11,682 nucleotides of DNA, from assembly GCF_000621645.1 (NCBI RefSeq), contig NZ_JHXR01000041.1:1-11682 (forward strand). Reading direction: 5' to 3'. Position 1 is the first letter of the stretch, and each line of letters starts with the position of its first letter. The position numbers and the translations under genes were made by a program. Under the pieces are notes generated by a model. It worked only from the letters and a program-made list of their open reading frames with translations, was not told where the DNA came from and made no database searches. Origin of the DNA: Vibrio cholerae ATCC 14035 (GTDB lineage Bacteria; Pseudomonadota; Gammaproteobacteria; Enterobacterales; Vibrionaceae). Positions 1 through 4,802 of this stretch are shown here, in pieces.

Positions 1-87
1 ATTCTCTGCCACTGTTTGCTGATCACTTCCTTCGACAGCGGGCTTTGTTGCACTTTTTCGGCTGCGGGTTTTGGCTGTTTCACTCAC
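1..87 (-). CDS. Hypothetical protein, N-terminal fragment (continues beyond the window)
   Basis: GTG at 87..85 is preceded by AAGGAG (7-nt spacer). The frame stays open to position 1 and reads MSETAKTRSRKSATKPAVEGSDQQTVAEN. It sits directly downstream of the major head gene. It is absent from the ORF track because it is truncated. Confidence 0.4.
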   Translation of the reverse strand, partial: MSETAKTRSRKSATKPAVEGSDQQTVAEN

Positions 88-108
88 AGTGAACTCCTTT
101 TAAACAGG

Positions 109-138
109 GTTTAAACGTGGCGGTGAATGAACACCGCC
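109..138 (-). terminator. GC-rich hairpin after the major head gene (possible weak terminator/attenuator)
   Basis: On the minus strand, GGCGGTG (138..132), loop TTCATT and CACCGCC (125..119) are followed by ACGTTTAAAC. The stem is a perfect 7 bp but the U-tract is only 3 nt. Confidence 0.3.
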
Positions 139-153
139 AGCTCGTTATCGCCG

Positions 154-1053
154 TTATGCGATGAAAGGACTCACTACGATTTCTACATCTTTGTAGTACG
201 GGTTAGAGTCGCCGCCTTCAATCAGCATGCGGTCAATGAGCTTCTTCGCTGCCGCACGGTTCTGATAGCCAACCACCAGTGTGGTAGGACGAACACCCAG
301 AGGCGTACCGTCAGCGCGTTTCATCGCACCCATCAACTGAATTGCTGCTTCATAGTTGGCTTCGGTCAGCGCCGCTTTAGAACCAATCGCCAATTGAGGG
401 AAAGAGAACCCCACGTTGCAACGGCCATCAACACCCGCAACCAGCTTGTTGTTGAACCAGGTGTATTCTTCATTCGGGTTCATGTTCTTAAACACGAATG
501 GGCGGCGGTTCTGATAGATCACAGGCTTTAGGACTTGTGATGTATCGAGTAGGAACCAAGGCGACCCCGTATCCGTTGACGGATCACCGACCACGTTCGA
601 GAAGGTAGTTGCTGGCGTGGTGTCCAATGGGTGGTCAGTGTCAAAGAAGTTTTGACCGTCATAGCACAGGGTTGCAAAGCCAGCGACTAGCAGCGGATAT
701 GCTAGCTTGTCTGGGAACATAGCCGCCTGATCACCAAAGCGCTGAGCGATGATGGAGTATTGGCCGATCTGGTCGTCTTCCACGTCTTCACGCTTGACTG
801 AGATAGAGCTTTCAAACGTTTTGTTGAGGATTTGATAGCCATGTTTGCCAATATCCGCCAACTGACGATCACCGACCCACTCTTTAATCTCTGGCAAATC
901 TTTAAGCCAGCCATAGAGGTTAGATGCACCAGACGATGGCACTTCGGTTGCTACCATATTCCATTGCGGTTTTGCTGCATCCACGCCACGCACGAAGGAT
1001 GCATTCATTGAAGCAAATAGCGCTTCGATTACTTGAGCTTCACTTAAAGCCAT
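154..1053 (-). CDS. Major head (capsid) subunit, Mu gpT family
   Basis: The 299-aa ORF has AAGGGAG 7 nt upstream of the ATG. Sequence features recalled from Mu/FluMu gpT-like proteins are present (NKTFESSISVKREDVEDDQIGQY, YDGQNFFDTDHP). Its position immediately after the I/Z gene is as in Mu. Confidence 0.9.
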   Translation of the reverse strand: MALSEAQVIEALFASMNASFVRGVDAAKPQWNMVATEVPSSGASNLYGWLKDLPEIKEWVGDRQLADIGKHGYQILNKTFESSISVKREDVEDDQIGQYSIIAQRFGDQAAMFPDKLAYPLLVAGFATLCYDGQNFFDTDHPLDTTPATTFSNVVGDPSTDTGSPWFLLDTSQVLKPVIYQNRRPFVFKNMNPNEEYTWFNNKLVAGVDGRCNVGFSFPQLAIGSKAALTEANYEAAIQLMGAMKRADGTPLGVRPTTLVVGYQNRAAAKKLIDRMLIEGGDSNPYYKDVEIVVSPFIA

Positions 1054-1055
1054 GA

Positions 1056-1559
1056 TTACGCTCCCTTAGCCAGAGATTGCTTAGACTTGAGGTACTCTTC
1101 TTGAGTCACTCCCATTTTGCGACACAGCGCGATCTCTTCTGGGTCAAGTTCGTCGGCTTGTACAGAAGTTTGCGTGGTGGTCACTTTTGAGTTGGTTGCA
1201 ATCGCTGGCGCGGTTTCAACAAACTTCTTGAACTGCTCAATGCCACCTTCCGCACGACACATGCTGAGGAACATTTCTTTGTTCGCAGGGGCAACTTTGC
1301 CAGCCTTGATCGCATCTTCTACCAGCGCATCAATTTCAGATTCCTGAATGGCCTTTAATGCCGCTTCAGCAGTTTCAGCGCGGTTAAGTGCTAGCTGATA
1401 GGTTTCTTTAGGCACGGCCACATTGAGATCAATGTTTGATGCACGGTTAAGCGCAATGTCTTTCTCTGACTTCAGAGAGTTGATTGCGATTACCGCGTCT
1501 TGCTCGGTTGCGGTTTCGGCCAAGCCAAGCGCAGCGAGAATAAGCTGTGGTAGCTTCAT
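1056..1559 (-). CDS. Head scaffold protein, Mu gpZ-like (C-terminal part of the I reading frame, with its own internal start)
   Basis: The 167-aa ORF MKLPQLILAALGL... is alanine/glutamate-rich and looks helical. GAGGAA lies 6 nt upstream of the ATG at 1559. The frame is continuous upstream with the protease-family sequence (see 1056..2011). Confidence 0.75.
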   Translation of the reverse strand: MKLPQLILAALGLAETATEQDAVIAINSLKSEKDIALNRASNIDLNVAVPKETYQLALNRAETAEAALKAIQESEIDALVEDAIKAGKVAPANKEMFLSMCRAEGGIEQFKKFVETAPAIATNSKVTTTQTSVQADELDPEEIALCRKMGVTQEEYLKSKQSLAKGA

Positions 1560-2011
1560 TTCGTTTTCCTCTTGTCGGTTGAGGGCGGGTACATTTAGGT
1601 TGGGATTGTTGGTAAAACCTGAACTTTCGATGCTGTAGATAACACCTGTTTCCTTATCGTAACCAAACGCTGGGGAATAGAAGGCGTACTTCTCTCCTCA
1701 ATCATTTCTCGGCCTTCGGCATTCAATTCCACAAACCCCCAAATCTCGCCGTTGCGATTTTCCAGTGACGTGATCCAGCCGTAAGCGGGTGCAGGCTCAC
1801 CGTTTGGCGCTTTGATATGGGTTGAATGTTCTACATCGAATGGGCGCTTTTTAGTGAAGCGCTGGATAATGGCGTTAGGGTTGGAGTTGTTCCAAGTGCG
1901 TCCATCAATCCCTTGAAATGTTCCGGCCGGAATAAGCGGAAGCCAAACACCTGCGGTGGCGGCATCCACATTTGCCATGTTGAAACAAAGGGCAGTAAGA
2001 CAATTAGCCAT
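1056..2011 (-). pseudogene. Mu gpI-like head maturation protease/scaffold gene, split by a one-base frame change near 1685-1700
   Basis: The frame from ATG 2011 (GGAG 8 nt upstream) reads the I-family N-terminus (LPLIPAGTFQGIDGRTW...EPAPAYGWI...NGEIWG...). After ...GREMIEER it becomes nonsense and stops at 1595-1597. The -1 frame is closed by TGA 1700..1698. From 1697 it reads GEKYAFYSPAFGYDKETGVIYSIESSGFTNNPNLNVPALNRQEENE and continues without a stop into MKLPQL (1559) down to 1056. Confidence 0.8.
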
Positions 2012-2087
2012 TGATTACTCCGGTTCATAAGCACTACATAACAACCTCCTTGGTGGTCGGTTGATATGAACTTGTTTTGGTGGAGTA

Positions 2088-2135
2088 AGAATGCGCCAAT
2101 GCGACAACCGAGCCGAAATAACGGCAGTTGCTCAA
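2088..2135 (-). promoter_or_regulatory. Putative activator-dependent late promoter upstream of the I gene (Mu P_I analogue)
   Basis: The minus-strand motif TTGAGCAACTGCCGTTATTTC (2135..2115) is 19/21 identical to a motif upstream of the endolysin gene. A -10-like hexamer CATTCT (2093..2088) follows after exactly 21 nt, the same spacing as at the other copy. The site lies between the terminator and the I start. Confidence 0.5.
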
Positions 2136-2190
2136 ATTGATAGGGTTGGGATACGTTTTGGGAGGGGAGAAAAGCGTGGTTAAGATTACC

Positions 2191-2230
2191 GCAAAAAAAC
2201 AGGTTGGCAAGCGAAACGCAAAAGCCAACC
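2191..2230 (-). terminator. Rho-independent terminator closing the lysis-packaging-F-cassette transcription unit
   Basis: On the minus strand, GGTTGGC (2230..2224) pairs with GCCAACC (2208..2202), with an inner GCG/CGC pairing, followed by TGTTTTTTTGC (2201..2191). The plus-strand reading has no U-tract, so it is unidirectional. Confidence 0.7.
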
Positions 2231-2343
2231 AAAAACACAACGCCGAACCTAGTTTAAACCATGTTTAAATCGCGCCAGATTGATTTAAACTTTTTTATTG
2301 ATACCTTTGCATGCCTTTTGGCTTTCTGTCGCGTTAGAGAGCG

Positions 2344-2628
2344 TTACATAAAATCACCAACTAAGTTGGCATGAATCCTTACCGCGAGATCATATTCACA
2401 TAGAAAAATATCATTCACCTGGTTCTGCATATCCGCCAAGATTTCTTCTTGGTTCTTTTCCACGACACGGTATCCAAAAAGCTCCGCCGAATTTTTAAGG
2501 TCCTCCAATTGCTTGCTAGATAGCACACCAAGCTTATAGCCATTGTCCATATCGACGGCATCTTTAAACTGCTCATCCATTACCAAGCCAATGCATGACA
2601 TAGGCAAATAAACATAGAGCTGACGCAT
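2344..2628 (-). CDS. Hypothetical small acidic protein (94 aa), last gene of the accessory cassette
   Basis: I prefer the ATG at 2628..2626 (GGAG 8 nt upstream, TAATG overlap with the upstream stop) over the GTG at 2643 used in the ORF track. The protein has 16 Asp/Glu against 8 Lys/Arg and no TM segment or signal peptide. A hand count of 2341-2640 gives about 41% GC. I recognise no family. Confidence 0.6.
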   Translation of the reverse strand: MRQLYVYLPMSCIGLVMDEQFKDAVDMDNGYKLGVLSSKQLEDLKNSAELFGYRVVEKNQEEILADMQNQVNDIFLCEYDLAVRIHANLVGDFM

Positions 2629-3263
2629 TAACTTAACTCCCACATTGCTTCAGTATGGTTAATGATCGCTGCATTCACGCCACCCACAGAAGCCTGCTGA
2701 ACATTCTGATTGCGTTGATTAAACATGATTGCATTGGATAGCACGCCTGCGATAGAGAGCTTGAATGACTCTAGCAACCCAGTAGTGTAAGAGGAGGTAG
2801 TCCAAGAACGCATTAAGCGATCAACTTCAACAGCTTGAGTCGAACCTGAACGAGTAGCCTTAACCTCGCCATCAACCAATATTGATATTGTGGCACCAAC
2901 ACGCTTGAGTAGATAAACGTGACGCGCTGATGGATTAAAGCCTGATGTTGACCATGTCACAACATAACTACCCGCATAAACTTGGATGCCATCGCCATTG
3001 GACAAAGACCGAAAGAAGTTATCAATCGTTGAACCAGAGAAAATGGATTGGTAAGCCGATGGATTTAATCCACTCACCGCCACTTCCAATTCAAAATCAA
3101 CACCTGCTGGAACAACCAAAGGCGAACTCAACAAAGCGTATTGCGTTAAACCATCAAACCTTGGGTAGTAAAGCTCAGAAGCAGGTAGAGAAAGACGCTC
3201 ACAACGCAATGCACTTGATTCAACATAGGTGACTGGCTCGCATCCACTTTCTTCATAAATCAC
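2628..3263 (-). CDS. Hypothetical protein (211 aa), possibly a concanavalin-A-like/LamG-type jelly-roll
   Basis: The GTG start at 3263 overlaps the upstream stop (GTGA), with AGGGGGTGG just upstream. The protein is beta-rich. Its pattern resembles Laminin_G_3 domains (FDG..QYA...P....F.LE......YQSIFS......F....G..W......H.Y.L.R.G....I.VDG). This fold call is from memory of the pattern only. Confidence 0.6.
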   Translation of the reverse strand: MIYEESGCEPVTYVESSALRCERLSLPASELYYPRFDGLTQYALLSSPLVVPAGVDFELEVAVSGLNPSAYQSIFSGSTIDNFFRSLSNGDGIQVYAGSYVVTWSTSGFNPSARHVYLLKRVGATISILVDGEVKATRSGSTQAVEVDRLMRSWTTSSYTTGLLESFKLSIAGVLSNAIMFNQRNQNVQQASVGGVNAAIINHTEAMWELS

Positions 3264-3772
3264 GCACCACCCCCTAGTATCTCCGTTGAGTAGGTTTCTT
3301 GCTCTGCGATCAACAACAGCTTAGTGCAAGTAAAGTCGCGGCCATTAGCGCGAATTTGTATGGCCGTGCCATTGGTCGCAATGTTTCCGTTTTTATCGAC
3401 ACTGAAGAAAGTCGAGAACGTCATCACATCCTCATCCACTTCTAAGCTCCGGTTCTGCACCAGTCGGTTGCCTTCAGTGCCTAAAAAATCCAGCTCCAAT
3501 GAACGGGTTGCCGCAGAGCCTGGAAAGCTACCGATAAAGTTTGCTTTAAAGTGCAAGCTGGCGTCATCGTTAAAACTGCGCAGCAGATTGGCTGCTGTAT
3601 CAAAGAACGGCAGCAAGCTGCCGAATATCGGCGCTGCGGCTTTGATGCGGTCAATCAAGTTGTATGTCACCCCCTGCGTGAACACCAAAGGTGATGCGGA
3701 AAAGTCAAACAACACTTCGCTCTTATGTCGATGCGCGTCTGAACCTGAAGTTAAGGGGGCTTCATAGATCAT
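3260..3772 (-). CDS. Hypothetical protein (170 aa), beta-rich, no recognisable family
   Basis: The ATG at 3772 overlaps the upstream stop (ATGA), with AGGAG 10 nt upstream. No TM segment or signal peptide is apparent. It does not resemble the Mu G/P2 S virion-morphogenesis pattern that I would expect at this position. Confidence 0.6.
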   Translation of the reverse strand: MIYEAPLTSGSDAHRHKSEVLFDFSASPLVFTQGVTYNLIDRIKAAAPIFGSLLPFFDTAANLLRSFNDDASLHFKANFIGSFPGSAATRSLELDFLGTEGNRLVQNRSLEVDEDVMTFSTFFSVDKNGNIATNGTAIQIRANGRDFTCTKLLLIAEQETYSTEILGGGA

Positions 3773-4017
3773 GCAGGCGTTACTCCTACCGTGGTTTCAC
3801 CACTGTTGGTTTTAGCCCAAACCAGATCACTGCCTGTTAGCTCATACACATAACGCTTTTGCGCTAGCATTGGGTCGCCTTCGGTGGTTACTGCTGGCTG
3901 CGTTTCTGCAACCAGCATTTGCCCGTTAACTGCTCCGCGATTCACAAATACGCCTTTCAACCCTACGTTGATTTGGCGGTATTCACTGGAGACTATTTTC
4001 ACTGCTGTGGTAGCCAT
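3769..4017 (-). CDS. Hypothetical protein (82 aa), beta-rich, first gene of the accessory cassette
   Basis: The ATG at 4017 lies 11 nt after the F stop, with GAGGAA 5-6 nt upstream. The composition is rich in Gly/Val/Thr. I recognise no family. Confidence 0.55.
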   Translation of the reverse strand: MATTAVKIVSSEYRQINVGLKGVFVNRGAVNGQMLVAETQPAVTTEGDPMLAQKRYVYELTGSDLVWAKTNSGETTVGVTPA

Positions 4018-4028
4018 GATCGTTCCTC

Positions 4029-4802
4029 TTACTGTTTTAAGGTTTCATTCAAGCGCGTCTCTTTGGCTTGCAAATCATCACTCAGCGCTTGCTCTCGTTT
4101 CTTACCTGGGTTGTAGTTCCAACCAGGCTCAATGCCTTCGGGCAATACTTCCACTTCTCCGGTGCGTTTGTTTACCCATCGCTTGTTTTGCGTATCAGGC
4201 GCGGAGGTTTTCACCTTGCCTTCAGCGATCAGGTTTTCAGCTTCCCGCTTTGATACTTGCCGAACCCAGCACTTACAGCCCCAGCCGTTGGGCGGCATAA
4301 ACTGCGCCCAAAACGGATCACCCACTGGCAGCAGAACACCATTCAAACGCACATGATCAAGCCGATGCTCACGCGATGGCCCCAACTGATAGAGCAAATA
4401 GGGCATGGCGCGCTTGGTTTTTTCGATGCGTTCCCACTGGCCTGCGGCGCGAGCGGTGCGCATGTTGGTGCGGTAAATGGTTTTTAAACGGCCTTCACTG
4501 CCCAATTGAACAAGCTTTGATTCTTGGGTGAGTGGGTCATCCATCACTTGTACGCCCCACCACCCAGACTTCACCAGTAGCGGCTTGAGCAGATCACGAA
4601 ACTGCTCAAAGGTTTGACCTTCGGCAATGGCCTGCTCAACCAACTGCTTCACCTCAACCAGCAAATCGGCATTGAGCATTTTGGCTACGGTGAAAGCGTT
4701 TGCGTGTTCCTCTTTCCACACGTCACGGTAGTCAAAGCTTGGCTTAATTCCTTTGCGCTTGAACCATTCCAGCGACTCTTTGGGCACAATGTTTTTAGGC
4801 AT
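4029..4802 (-). CDS. Head morphogenesis protein, Mu gpF / SPP1 gp7 family
   Basis: F-family hallmarks are present (NAFTVAKM..., YRTNMRTARAAGQWERI, PYLLYQ..., HRLDHVRLNG, PPNGWGCKCWV). I prefer the ATG at 4802 (AGGAG with a 7-nt spacer). The ORF-track start at 4811 has GGAG abutting the ATG. The gene overlaps the portal stop. Confidence 0.85.
   Translation of the reverse strand: MPKNIVPKESLEWFKRKGIKPSFDYRDVWKEEHANAFTVAKMLNADLLVEVKQLVEQAIAEGQTFEQFRDLLKPLLVKSGWWGVQVMDDPLTQESKLVQLGSEGRLKTIYRTNMRTARAAGQWERIEKTKRAMPYLLYQLGPSREHRLDHVRLNGVLLPVGDPFWAQFMPPNGWGCKCWVRQVSKREAENLIAEGKVKTSAPDTQNKRWVNKRTGEVEVLPEGIEPGWNYNPGKKREQALSDDLQAKETRLNETLKQ

Noticed and set aside
1598-1697. Programmed -1 ribosomal frameshift as the explanation for the split I gene
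   Set aside because: There is no X_XXY_YYZ slippery heptamer in the zero frame anywhere in the overlap window. Homology places the switch within about 12 nt of the -1 frame stop codon, in a GAGGAGAGAAG purine run, which fits a simple one-base indel. Mu I is not known to use recoding.
1831-2240. Minus-strand ORFs 1831-2238 (135 aa) and 2034-2240 (68 aa) spanning the intergenic gap
   Set aside because: They start inside or at the terminator hairpin (one with TTG in the A/T run) and read through the terminator and promoter motif. One continues out of frame over the I gene. The hydrophobic N-termini are simply translated T-runs.
2280-2308. Plus-strand promoter-like TTGATT with downstream T-rich sequence, which would drive antisense transcription into the 94-aa gene
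   Set aside because: No acceptable -10 hexamer occurs at 16-18 nt spacing (the best are TACCTT/ACCTTT), and there is no plus-strand gene to serve.
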